The notes beneath the pieces were generated by a model, which was not told the DNA's origin, made no database searches, and worked only from the letters and a program-made list of their open reading frames with translations. A stretch of 32,000 bases of DNA, from positions 2,580,001 to 2,612,000 of the forward strand of contig NC_014972.1 of assembly GCF_000186885.1 (NCBI RefSeq), read 5' to 3'. Within the stretch, counting starts at the first letter, position 1. Each line of letters opens with the position of its first letter. This DNA is from Desulfobulbus propionicus DSM 2032. GTDB lineage: Bacteria > Desulfobacterota > Desulfobulbia > Desulfobulbales > Desulfobulbaceae. Position numbers and translations under genes: made by a program. Shown in pieces: positions 8,039-17,116 of this stretch.

Positions 8039-9577
8039 ATGAGACAGGCATGTATCGCGCTCGCACTCATACTCTTTTTTTCGTCAATCGTCCGGGCAGA
8101 CATTCCGGCCACGCCGGTCATGACCTTGTATCGATTCAACGGTCCGCTCGACATCCCCTACTACGACATCGAAACCTTTCGCAGAACAGGGCCCTCGACA
8201 CCGGCAGGCTCCCTGGCCCAGGGAAGTTCAGTGGTGCCCTGCCTGGTGGTCGATGCCAATGGACCACTCACCGACCGCGAGGGCATTCCCTATGTAGGCT
8301 TCGAGGTGGTGGTCAACGCCCGCACCGCCACGCCCGCCTCGACGGCGCATTTCAAGAATGTTTCCAGAAAGCGCCAGTCCATGACCGTGGCCGACCATCA
8401 CTGCGATGCCGGGATCCGCTATGTGATGGATGTGCGCACCATTTATCCCATGGACAAGCCGCCCCTGTTCGATCCTCCCCGCCCGGCGCAACCCGGCACC
8501 GCCGCCATTCCTCCCCAGGGAGAATTGGATCGAATCGTACGCGCCTTCCACAGCTCAACGGCCTGCGCCGGCGTCAATCAACGTCTGATCAACCGCCGCA
8601 CCGCCCTGGAAGCGGCCTGGGAACGTTTCATCCGCGAACAGCAGGGGCGCTGGCCGGCCGAGGCCCTTCAGCGCGCCAAGCATCTGGACTACACCCTGCG
8701 GACCGCCATCTTCGAGGGGCACCTGGAACGCGGTTGCAATGCCTATGGGGCCTGCGAACGCAATATCATCGCCCTCTCGATCCGCAACCGTGGGCGCGAG
8801 TTGTGCACCAAACGCCACGGCTGCGCGGCGCCAGGGGATTTTCAGGGGGTTTCCTCCATGGTTTCCCAATACAACATCTGGGACGAATACCTGACCCAGG
8901 TGTCCGGGCTGACCTCCTGCTACCTTCGCGACGACCTGGCTGCGGGGAGTAGCGACAGCGCCCGCAATTACCGCAAACTGCAAAGCATGTATGCCCAGAA
9001 TCTGCCCGACGTGCAGCGGATCCTGTTTGGCGACGATCGGGATCTGGCGGCGGTCTTTCCCAACAATGCGCTCACCGATCTGAAAGAGCTGCGTCACTAT
9101 TACCATGCCCCGGCCATGGGCAAGTGCTTTCCCCGGCACAACCGGGTCGAATACATGTCCGGAGCCGTGGCCCGTAATGGCAGCCATTACGCCCTGATTG
9201 CCGGCACCCGTATTCAGGTGGACCAGGCGGCAGCAGGCGGGTATTTCTTCCACAGTTTCATGGTGCAGGAAACGCCGGCCAAAGATCTCGTCAGGATTGT
9301 CGACAACTATCCGGGCTTCGTCGTCGACGGCCGGCGCGTTTCCCTCAAGGAGAGCTCGTCCCGATGCGTCCCTTACGGCATTCCGGGCGGCTGCCGGTTC
9401 GACGAGATCGGCCGCTACCGCAAAACACCCTCCTGGGTCAACTCCGGCAAACCCCTGGAACTGCAATGCCGGATCGCTGAGCGTGGTGAACAATGCCAGG
9501 GAGAGGAAAAAAGGACCTCAGTCCGGGTGGGCGGTGTCTGCGACACCCAAATGCGGCCCTTCGCCGGGGTCGATTGA
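8039..9577 (+). CDS. Exported Cys-rich protein of unknown function
   Basis: 512 aa from ATG 8039. It has a signal peptide-like N-terminus MRQACIALALILFFSSIVRA-DIPATP and 14 cysteines in the mature region. The frame is also open upstream (7811), but that extension looks non-coding. Confidence 0.7.
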   Translation: MRQACIALALILFFSSIVRADIPATPVMTLYRFNGPLDIPYYDIETFRRTGPSTPAGSLAQGSSVVPCLVVDANGPLTDREGIPYVGFEVVVNARTATPASTAHFKNVSRKRQSMTVADHHCDAGIRYVMDVRTIYPMDKPPLFDPPRPAQPGTAAIPPQGELDRIVRAFHSSTACAGVNQRLINRRTALEAAWERFIREQQGRWPAEALQRAKHLDYTLRTAIFEGHLERGCNAYGACERNIIALSIRNRGRELCTKRHGCAAPGDFQGVSSMVSQYNIWDEYLTQVSGLTSCYLRDDLAAGSSDSARNYRKLQSMYAQNLPDVQRILFGDDRDLAAVFPNNALTDLKELRHYYHAPAMGKCFPRHNRVEYMSGAVARNGSHYALIAGTRIQVDQAAAGGYFFHSFMVQETPAKDLVRIVDNYPGFVVDGRRVSLKESSSRCVPYGIPGGCRFDEIGRYRKTPSWVNSGKPLELQCRIAERGEQCQGEEKRTSVRVGGVCDTQMRPFAGVD

Positions 9578-9659
9578 CCCTGGAACTTGCCCCATCTCAA
9601 CAGCGAAATGTTATTTTTTCACCATGTTAGACAACCATCCCTCGTTGTGTGCCACAATA

Positions 9660-12600
9660 TTACACCAGGATTGTTCGACGAGGAGGCAGCACTGCGGCCA
9701 CAGCCTGGGCCAAGTCGCTGGTATTGACGGGTTTCATGAGAAATTGATTGATGCCGTAGTAGGTTGCCGACTGTTCACTGACGATTTCGCTGTATCCGGT
9801 GCAGAGGATGATCGGTAGGTTTTTATCGATTTGTCTGATCTCGCGGACAAGTTGCACGCCGGTCATCTCCGGCATGGTTTGATCGGTAATCAATAGATCA
9901 TAATCGCGGGGTGCGTCGGCGAACATGCGCAGAGCAGCCATACTGCTCAGGCTGGCGGTTACATGATAGCCAAGGAGCTGTAAACTCTCTTGGATAACCT
10001 CCAGGAAGAAGGCCTCGTCATCAACCAACAGCACATGCTCGCCCTTGCCCATGGGGAGCGGAGGCGGTGTGCCGCCGTTTATCGCGGCGTTTTCTTGGGT
10101 CAGGGGCAGATAGATATCAAACCGCGTACCCGCACCGATGGCGGATTCGACCTCGATCAATCCCTGATGGCTCTTGATGATCCCCAAGACCACCGCCATG
10201 CCCAGTCCGGTGCCTTCATTGACGTTTTTGGTGGTGAAATAGGGCTCGAAGATTCGTTCCCGTACCGCCGGGGACATGCCGCAACCGGTATCGATCACCT
10301 GGAGTTGGATGTACTCGCCAGCGGCAATGGTCATGGAGAAAAACTGGCGGGGAGCATCGAGAAACACTTTTTTTACATTGATGGTCAGTTGGCCGCCCTT
10401 CTCCCGCATCGCATGCAGGGCATTGGTGGCCAGGTTCATCACCACCTGATGGATCTGGGTGGAGTCACCAAGAATACGACCTGGAACCCGCTCCAGTTGG
10501 TGCCGGATGGTGATGGTGCTCGGCAGGGTCGAACTGAGCAGTTGGATGGATTCTTCAATAACCGGCACAAGGTCGAAGGGCTCCATGACCGTGGCGGTGT
10601 GGCGGCTGAAGCGCAGGATCTGTTGCACCAGATTCTTAGCCCGGTTACCCCCCTCCAGCACCCTTTGCAGGTTGTCGCGAAGTTTGGCATCCATGGCCGA
10701 ATCGGCCCGGTAGAGGGCCAGTTCGGTGTAACCGATGATTCCGCCTAAAATGTTATTGAAATCATGGGCGATTCCACCGGCCAGCGTCCCGATGGCCTCG
10801 CTCCGCTGGGCATGGATCACCTGTTTTTCGAGGGCAGCCTTTTCTTCGGCCAGGGCCAGTTCCTTGCTCAAGTTGTGGATAAAAACCCCGATGTACATCG
10901 GGTTGCTTTGCTCGTCGACCACCAGCCAGCCCTTGGCCGTCACCGGCACGAGGGTGCCGTTCTTGGTCGTGTAGGAAAAGCGGATCGGCTGATCCTGGGC
11001 AATCCCCGACTTGAAGGCGAGGATGGCCTCGACGATCCGGGCCTGGTCCGCGGAGGGGACAAATTTCCTGAAATGTTTCTGGACCATTTCCTCATGCGAG
11101 TAACCACTCTCACGCAAGAACGAGCGGTTGGCGTCCAGAATCGTCCCGTGGAAGTTGACGAGCAGGATGCCTTCCGGGTTGGTGTTGAAAAAGGAACGGA
11201 AGCGGAATTCACTCTCTCGCAAGGCAGATTCCGTTTGCTTCCATTCGGTAATGTCGCGGACAATGCACTGCAGGCAGGTCTCGCCCGAGAGGTCAACCGC
11301 GCTCATGCGCATATCCGAATAGAACAAGTCGCCATCGAGCCGTGCTTGCACCCATTCGAATTGCTGGGGCCGCCCTTGCAGTGCCTCGTGGATGTAGCCC
11401 ATGCCGTGTTCGGCAAAGGTTCGACCGTCCGGCTGGAGCGCCGGGGAGAAGAACTGCGGCGACAAGCCAACGAGCTGGTCGCGAGTTCCCCTGAACATCT
11501 CCAGGGTCTTGAGGTTGCAATCGACAACCACGTCCTCCTTGAGGATGAGAATAGCGTCGCTGCCCGCTTCAAACAGAGTTCGATAACGTCGTTCACTCTC
11601 CCTGAGCGCGAACTCGGCCAATTTTCGATTGGTGATGTCGCTATTGATGCCGGTGATCAGGAGAGGGTTGCCGTCTTTATCCCGTTCCACCACCTTGCCC
11701 CGGCTGGCGATCCACACCCAATGGCCATCGCGGTGGCGCATCCTGTACTCCGCCACATGTTGAGCATTGTCCGGTGAGGACAACAACTGTCTGAGGGTTT
11801 CGGCGGCCGCAGGATAGTCTTCGGGATGACAGAGACGGGTCCAGCTGTCGGCGGTCATGGGCAGTTCCCCGTCGTCATATCCGAGTATTTCGTACCAGCG
11901 GGGGCTGTAATAGGTGCGTGTGGTCTTGGGATAGCGCTCCCAGATGGCGTCGGTGGTGGCGGAAAAGGCGTGAGCCAGCCGCGCCTCGCTCCGACGCAAG
12001 GCCTCTTCCGCGGCTTTCTGGGCGGTGACATCCTTCAACGTGCCCAGCATACGAACCGCCGCACCCTGCTCATCGTAGAGATAGGCGCCCTCTTCGTATA
12101 CCTGATAATAGGTCTGGTCCGCCTTGCGGAAGCGATAGGTGGCTGAATACAGTGACCGATCACGGCGGGCGATCTCTATCAGACCAAGGGTCGTGGCTCG
12201 ATCATCGGGATGGATGCAGTCGACCCAGCCAGTAAACCCGTGGCTGTTGAACTCTTCCGCTGAATAACCGGTGATCTCCTTGATGCGGCCGGACCAGAAG
12301 ATGGCACCGGAAGTCACATCGTAATCGTAGATCAGTTGGCCGCTAAGTTCGGCGGTTTGCCGAAATCGCTGTTCACTGTCCCGCAGCGATTGCAGCATGG
12401 CCACCCGTTCGCTGATATCCTGAATCGCCACAGCCGCCCCGGCCTCCGGATTGTTCCGGTCGAGCGGAGCGGCAAACAGGGAGACGTGGCGCAGGGAACC
12501 ATCCTGCCGCTTGAACTGGGTTTCAACATAGCTGTTGCCCCGCTGCCAAAGCGTATCGTAGAGAGCTCGCCCTACCCGGACAAATTCTTCCTCGGTTTCG

Positions 12601-14450
12601 TACAGAAGGCGGGAGGAGCGGTTGAGCAGATCAACCGCGGCATACCCGGTGATGGTGGTCATCTGTTCGTTGACCACCTGGAATCGGCGCTCCCTGAGGA
12701 TCACCAGCCCCACTGGCACCGCCTGGAAGAGGCTGCTCAACACATTCTCGTTGCGCCGCAGTTGCTCCTCCATTTTTTTTCGTTCAGTGATGTCGATGAG
12801 CATGCTGACCGCGCAGGGTTCACCTCCTGCGTGGAACACGGCTGACGAATAGAGGATATGGCGTTCCGATCCATCCGGTGAACTGCCTATAGCCTCCTGA
12901 TTGTGGAGACTTCCCGTTGCCAGCAACAGCGCCATGTTCTCCTGGATTTTTTGGTGCTGGGAAGAGGGGATGAAATCCTCGGGCGTCTTACCCAAAATAT
13001 CGTCCCGCCGTCTGCCACCGCTCAACTGTTCATACGCCGGATTGGCATCCAGGTAGACCCCATCACGGAGGCGGTTGATGACAATGCCATAGGGGGCGTG
13101 TTCAAAAATCGCCCGCCAAGCCGATTCCCGTTCTTCCAAGGCGCGTCTGTTTTGGTTGCGTTCGGTCATATCGCGCAGCAGCACGAGCAAATGGGGCGCG
13201 CCCGCCAGCTCGAAACCATTGAAAGAGACCTCGGTTTCCAGCACACTGCTATCGGGGAGGAGAATGTCCCAATCAAAACATTGACGGCTCTGCTGCTTGG
13301 CGGCGGCAATCCATTGTTCTGTTCTTGAAACCGATGGTTGACCGTCCCTTTGCGTGGGTGGCGACAAGGCCGCAAACCCCACGCCGAGCACATCCTGCCT
13401 TGATCGCTGAAACAGGCGCAGGGCCTCATCATTGCATTCGATGACCACGCCTCCGGCCAAGAGGAGAATGGCATCGCTGGCGCTTTCAAACAACGCCCGA
13501 TAGCGCTGTTCACTGGACAGGAGTCGCTCTTCGATGGCCTTTCGTTCGGAGATGTCAATATAGACGCTCCGGACACCGACAACCTCGTCATCCACTGAAA
13601 TCGGCTGGGAGTAGACCAAAGCTGCGCCCCTGGCTCCGTCTTTGCCGATCAGGGGATACTCCGTTGGTTCCAGTTGCTGGCCCTTGAACATCAGTTGCAG
13701 ACGTTGCTTGATCTTGGGGTGTAACTGCGGCGGCGCCAGGGAGAAAAAATCGATGCCCTGGTCAAGCTCCGCCGCAGTGCGGTTAAAATGGCGCAGGGCG
13801 GTTTTGTTCGCCGACACCACGCGGCCATCACGGTCAATTTCATAGACCACCACAGGAAAGGAATCGAGCAAGTGCTGATACCGCTGCTCGCTCTTGTGCA
13901 GCTTTTGGGCGGTCTGTCGCTCCTGGAGAGCAAGACGCCCCATCTCCGCCAGCAGCTCGGCCATGATTTCCAGCCGATCGGTCAATCCGGCCAGGGCCTC
14001 ATCGCTGATCACTTGAGCTGGGGTCAGGTCATTGATTGCACCAATCGCTTCCTTTTGACGGCCCCCTTTGTCTTCCGCCCATGACTCGGTATCTGCGGCA
14101 CATCGGGAGAACATGCCGATAACAATGCTCCCCAGGTAGAGATCGTCGACCACGAGAGGGGATCCGAGGGCACTGAGGCCATTGTCGCAGGTCTGGATCG
14201 TGGTTTTTTCCCATGAAGAAGGCTGGGGCGCTAGAACCGGGTTGGCCGCCAGGCAGCTCCGCAACGAAAGGACCGAGCAGGGTGCCCCCTGCATGGTGGA
14301 GCGACAGGGGACATCCGTTGCAAAAACAATCTCACCATGCGGATCGATGAGGCAACAATCCATGTGGATGGAGGCGCTGAACCGGCGCAGAGCCGATTGC
14401 AGCCTGTGGATGGGTATCAATTGGTCAAAGGGCGGGAGCGGTTGCGGCAT
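9660..14450 (-). CDS. Hybrid sensor histidine kinase: PocR-like sensor region, 8 tandem PAS domains, HisKA/HATPase, C-terminal receiver
   Basis: ~1596 aa from MPQPLPPFDQL. I count eight PAS-start motifs (e.g. SEQRYQHLLDSFPVVVYEIDRDGRVVSANKTAL; SEFRFRSFFNTNPEGILLVNFHGTILDANRSF). H-box AIGTLAGGIAHDFNNILGGIIGY; G-box DTGCGMSPAVRERIFEPYFTTKNVNEGTGLGMAVV; receiver HVLLVDDEAFF...DLLITDQTMPEMTG. An alternative start is at 14486. Confidence 0.93.
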   Translation of the reverse strand: MPQPLPPFDQLIPIHRLQSALRRFSASIHMDCCLIDPHGEIVFATDVPCRSTMQGAPCSVLSLRSCLAANPVLAPQPSSWEKTTIQTCDNGLSALGSPLVVDDLYLGSIVIGMFSRCAADTESWAEDKGGRQKEAIGAINDLTPAQVISDEALAGLTDRLEIMAELLAEMGRLALQERQTAQKLHKSEQRYQHLLDSFPVVVYEIDRDGRVVSANKTALRHFNRTAAELDQGIDFFSLAPPQLHPKIKQRLQLMFKGQQLEPTEYPLIGKDGARGAALVYSQPISVDDEVVGVRSVYIDISERKAIEERLLSSEQRYRALFESASDAILLLAGGVVIECNDEALRLFQRSRQDVLGVGFAALSPPTQRDGQPSVSRTEQWIAAAKQQSRQCFDWDILLPDSSVLETEVSFNGFELAGAPHLLVLLRDMTERNQNRRALEERESAWRAIFEHAPYGIVINRLRDGVYLDANPAYEQLSGGRRRDDILGKTPEDFIPSSQHQKIQENMALLLATGSLHNQEAIGSSPDGSERHILYSSAVFHAGGEPCAVSMLIDITERKKMEEQLRRNENVLSSLFQAVPVGLVILRERRFQVVNEQMTTITGYAAVDLLNRSSRLLYETEEEFVRVGRALYDTLWQRGNSYVETQFKRQDGSLRHVSLFAAPLDRNNPEAGAAVAIQDISERVAMLQSLRDSEQRFRQTAELSGQLIYDYDVTSGAIFWSGRIKEITGYSAEEFNSHGFTGWVDCIHPDDRATTLGLIEIARRDRSLYSATYRFRKADQTYYQVYEEGAYLYDEQGAAVRMLGTLKDVTAQKAAEEALRRSEARLAHAFSATTDAIWERYPKTTRTYYSPRWYEILGYDDGELPMTADSWTRLCHPEDYPAAAETLRQLLSSPDNAQHVAEYRMRHRDGHWVWIASRGKVVERDKDGNPLLITGINSDITNRKLAEFALRESERRYRTLFEAGSDAILILKEDVVVDCNLKTLEMFRGTRDQLVGLSPQFFSPALQPDGRTFAEHGMGYIHEALQGRPQQFEWVQARLDGDLFYSDMRMSAVDLSGETCLQCIVRDITEWKQTESALRESEFRFRSFFNTNPEGILLVNFHGTILDANRSFLRESGYSHEEMVQKHFRKFVPSADQARIVEAILAFKSGIAQDQPIRFSYTTKNGTLVPVTAKGWLVVDEQSNPMYIGVFIHNLSKELALAEEKAALEKQVIHAQRSEAIGTLAGGIAHDFNNILGGIIGYTELALYRADSAMDAKLRDNLQRVLEGGNRAKNLVQQILRFSRHTATVMEPFDLVPVIEESIQLLSSTLPSTITIRHQLERVPGRILGDSTQIHQVVMNLATNALHAMREKGGQLTINVKKVFLDAPRQFFSMTIAAGEYIQLQVIDTGCGMSPAVRERIFEPYFTTKNVNEGTGLGMAVVLGIIKSHQGLIEVESAIGAGTRFDIYLPLTQENAAINGGTPPPLPMGKGEHVLLVDDEAFFLEVIQESLQLLGYHVTASLSSMAALRMFADAPRDYDLLITDQTMPEMTGVQLVREIRQIDKNLPIILCTGYSEIVSEQSATYYGINQFLMKPVNTSDLAQAVAAVLPPRRTILV

Positions 14451-14748
14451 GGCTTTTCCTGAAAAAAGAGGAGGCACGGTTTGCATGGGGCCGGAATTTT
14501 ATGTGGAGCAATCGCTGTTGGCAAAAATCGTTGTTTCAACTGAGGTCGATTCGGGGGCATGGGGGTATTCGGTTGGAGTCGGGATGATCTCGATCAGCAT
14601 GTTCAGTACCCCCATCGCTCACCGGTGGAGCAATCACCGTGCTTTGCATCAATACTATCAAATGTCATAGGTCGTTGACAGGCTTCATGCCGCCCCCCCC
14701 CTGGAAAACAACCTCGTGGCTGTTTTCCAGAGGGCTGCCGCCTTGTAC

Positions 14749-16419
14749 TTACACCTTGAACTGCTTGACCAGTTGTTCCAACTGGGCGGCCAATTGCGCC
14801 AGACCCTGGGCATTGTTTTGCACCTGACCGCTGCCCTCGCCGACCTGGGCCGATTGCTGGTTGATGCCGGCGATGTCGCGGGTGATATCGGTAATCACCA
14901 CCGTGCTTTGGGCTACATTTTCGTTGACTTCGGCAATGCCTTGGGACGCCTGGGCGATGTTGCCGGCGATCTCACCGGTGGCGGCGGACTGCTCTTCCAC
15001 TGCCGTGGCGATACCATTGATCACATTGTTTATCTCGGCAATAACCGTGGAGATCTTCTCGATATCCTCCACCGTGGTGGCGGTTGTGGCCTGCATGTCA
15101 CTGATCTGGTTTTTGATATCGATGGTGGCCTCGGCGGTCTGGCGGGCCAGTTCCTTGATCTCGTTGGCCACCACCGCAAAGCCCTTGCCCGCCTCACCGG
15201 CCCGGGCCGCCTCGATGGTGGCGTTCAAAGCCAACAGATTGGTTTGCTCGGAAATCTCGGTGATGGTTTCGGTCACCCGGCCGATCTTGCGCGCCGATTC
15301 GCCCAAGGCGTTCATCTTCGCCGACGTCTGCCGCGATTGGGTGACCGCGCCCTCGGTGATGGCGCGCGCCTTTTCCGCGCTTTGCGCGATCTCGCCCACG
15401 GTGGAGGTCATCTCCTCGGTGGAGGAGGCCACCATGTTGACGTTGCTGGTCGACTGCTCCATGGCGGCCGAGACCGACTGCATGTTGGTGCTCATCTCCT
15501 CTGTGGCGGCGGCCACGGTAGCGGCCTTGTCGGAGGTGTCCTTGGCGGCGGAAGACAGTTGGCGCGACACCGCCGCCATGTCGTTGGAGGCGGCGCTCAA
15601 CTGATCGACACCGGCGATGATGTTGCGTATCATCCCCGCCACTTGGGTGGCCATGCTGTTGACCGATTTGGCCATCTGGCCGATTTCGTCCTTCTGGTCG
15701 GTAACCATGGTGTTGGTGAAATCTCCCTGGGCCATAACCTCGGCCAGGGCTGCGGCCTTGCGTATCGGCACGGTGATCGAGCGAACGAGCAGGAAGGCGA
15801 GCAACACGCTGAGGCCCAGGGCGGCGACCAGGATGATCGAAATAACCCGTACGGCGTTGCTGGCATTACTTCCGGCCTCCTGGCCTGCTTTTTGGGCCAG
15901 ATCGGTCACGAACTTATTGAATTCATCCAATGTTTTTAAGTATTCCGCCTGGATTTGACGGAAATCGCCCATCAGCAGGGTCTTGGCCTCCTGGTCTCGA
16001 TCGTTCTTCACCAGATCAAGCAAGGTTTCGAGGTGGCGGGAGAAGACCGGCCGGATGTCAGTGGCCATTTTCTTCAACATTGCCTGTGCTTGCTCATGCT
16101 TGAGGGTTTTGTCGAACTCCTCCAAAATGCCGCCGGCCATCTTGCGGGCCTCGGCGATCCGCTGGAGTTCCATATCCGCACGATTGTGGTCGTTATCGAT
16201 GAGCAGGAGGTTGCGCACGGCCCGGGCGACGATATTGATGTTGTCGATCAATCGATTGGCCTGCTCGACCTTGACCATCCGGTCGTTGACCAGCAGATGT
16301 ATGCCATCGTTCAATTCGTGAATTTCTTTGATAGCATAGCCACCCACTAGCACCATCAACACCAGCAGGACGGCAAAGCCGCAACTCAGCCGCGTTCCGA
16401 TCTTCAGATTATTTAACAT
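14749..16419 (-). CDS. Methyl-accepting chemotaxis protein (4HB-type sensor, HAMP, MCP signalling domain)
   Basis: [39 protein letters not shown], second [31 protein letters not shown] hairpin [48 protein letters not shown]. Confidence 0.97.
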   Translation of the reverse strand: MLNNLKIGTRLSCGFAVLLVLMVLVGGYAIKEIHELNDGIHLLVNDRMVKVEQANRLIDNINIVARAVRNLLLIDNDHNRADMELQRIAEARKMAGGILEEFDKTLKHEQAQAMLKKMATDIRPVFSRHLETLLDLVKNDRDQEAKTLLMGDFRQIQAEYLKTLDEFNKFVTDLAQKAGQEAGSNASNAVRVISIILVAALGLSVLLAFLLVRSITVPIRKAAALAEVMAQGDFTNTMVTDQKDEIGQMAKSVNSMATQVAGMIRNIIAGVDQLSAASNDMAAVSRQLSSAAKDTSDKAATVAAATEEMSTNMQSVSAAMEQSTSNVNMVASSTEEMTSTVGEIAQSAEKARAITEGAVTQSRQTSAKMNALGESARKIGRVTETITEISEQTNLLALNATIEAARAGEAGKGFAVVANEIKELARQTAEATIDIKNQISDMQATTATTVEDIEKISTVIAEINNVINGIATAVEEQSAATGEIAGNIAQASQGIAEVNENVAQSTVVITDITRDIAGINQQSAQVGEGSGQVQNNAQGLAQLAAQLEQLVKQFKV

Positions 16420-16640
16420 TATTCCACTCCTTTGTAGGTAGTTTGGGACTGGCCTGTTGATGACCGCGCTCCCGTCTTCATCAATAAAAAAGGGCGAACC
16501 CTCTTTTTCCCCTGAGTTGACAGCCGCCCAATCGGTAGGCGGTTGTGGTGTCGACGCTCCCGCCCTGCAATCGTCTCATTGCCACTGCGCCGACCTTTCA
16601 CGGTTGGTTGTTGACAGACCATCTGGTCTTGTCATGCGGG

Positions 16641-17093
16641 TCAGTTGTCATCGAGGCTGAGCACCTTGTCGATGTCGAGCAGGCCGATAAGGTTGTGCTC
16701 GCGTTTGTAGACGCCGGTGAAAAAACGGCCCTGGATGCCACGCATGTTGGCGGGCGGGGGGGCCTTCTCCGTCTGCTCGACGCTGACCACGTCACTGATC
16801 CTGTGCACGAGGATACCGACCTTGTTGCCGGCGCTGTTGACGATGATCACCCGGCACAGGGAATCCGGCTCGGTGGAGCCCAGCCCCAGGCGTCGGGCCA
16901 GGTCGAGCACGGTGACGATCTGGCCCCGCAGGTTGAGGATGCCGAGCACGTCGGCCGGGGCCTGGGGCACCCGGGTGAGCTGGCTGAGTTTGTTGATCTC
17001 CTGGATCTGGTGAATTGCCATTCCGCAGAGGGCTTCGCCTACCTGAAAGGTGGCCAGTTCGACGCGGTTTTCCTGGGGGGGCGATGGGTTCAT
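16641..17093 (-). CDS. cheW: Chemotaxis coupling protein CheW
   Basis: 150 aa. VELATFQVGEALCGMAIHQIQEINKLSQLTRVPQAPADVLGILNLRGQIVTVLDLARRLGL...GILVHRISDVVSVE. Confidence 0.93.
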   Translation of the reverse strand: MNPSPPQENRVELATFQVGEALCGMAIHQIQEINKLSQLTRVPQAPADVLGILNLRGQIVTVLDLARRLGLGSTEPDSLCRVIIVNSAGNKVGILVHRISDVVSVEQTEKAPPPANMRGIQGRFFTGVYKREHNLIGLLDIDKVLSLDDN

Positions 17094-17116
17094 GCGTGCT
17101 CCTTGCTCCTCGGGAT

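Noticed and set aside
7639-8952. 437-aa plus-strand ORF competing with the exported-protein frame
   Set aside because: Its sequence within 8039-8952 is Arg/Pro/Gly/His-rich with no motifs, whereas the other frame has a signal peptide and conserved-looking Cys pattern through to 9577.
10764-11777. 337-aa plus-strand ORF within the PAS kinase
   Set aside because: Antisense shadow of well-defined PAS and HisKA coding sequence.
14716-15939. 407-aa plus-strand Gly/His/Leu-rich ORF
   Set aside because: Antisense of the MCP gene; composition is a by-product of MCP codon usage.
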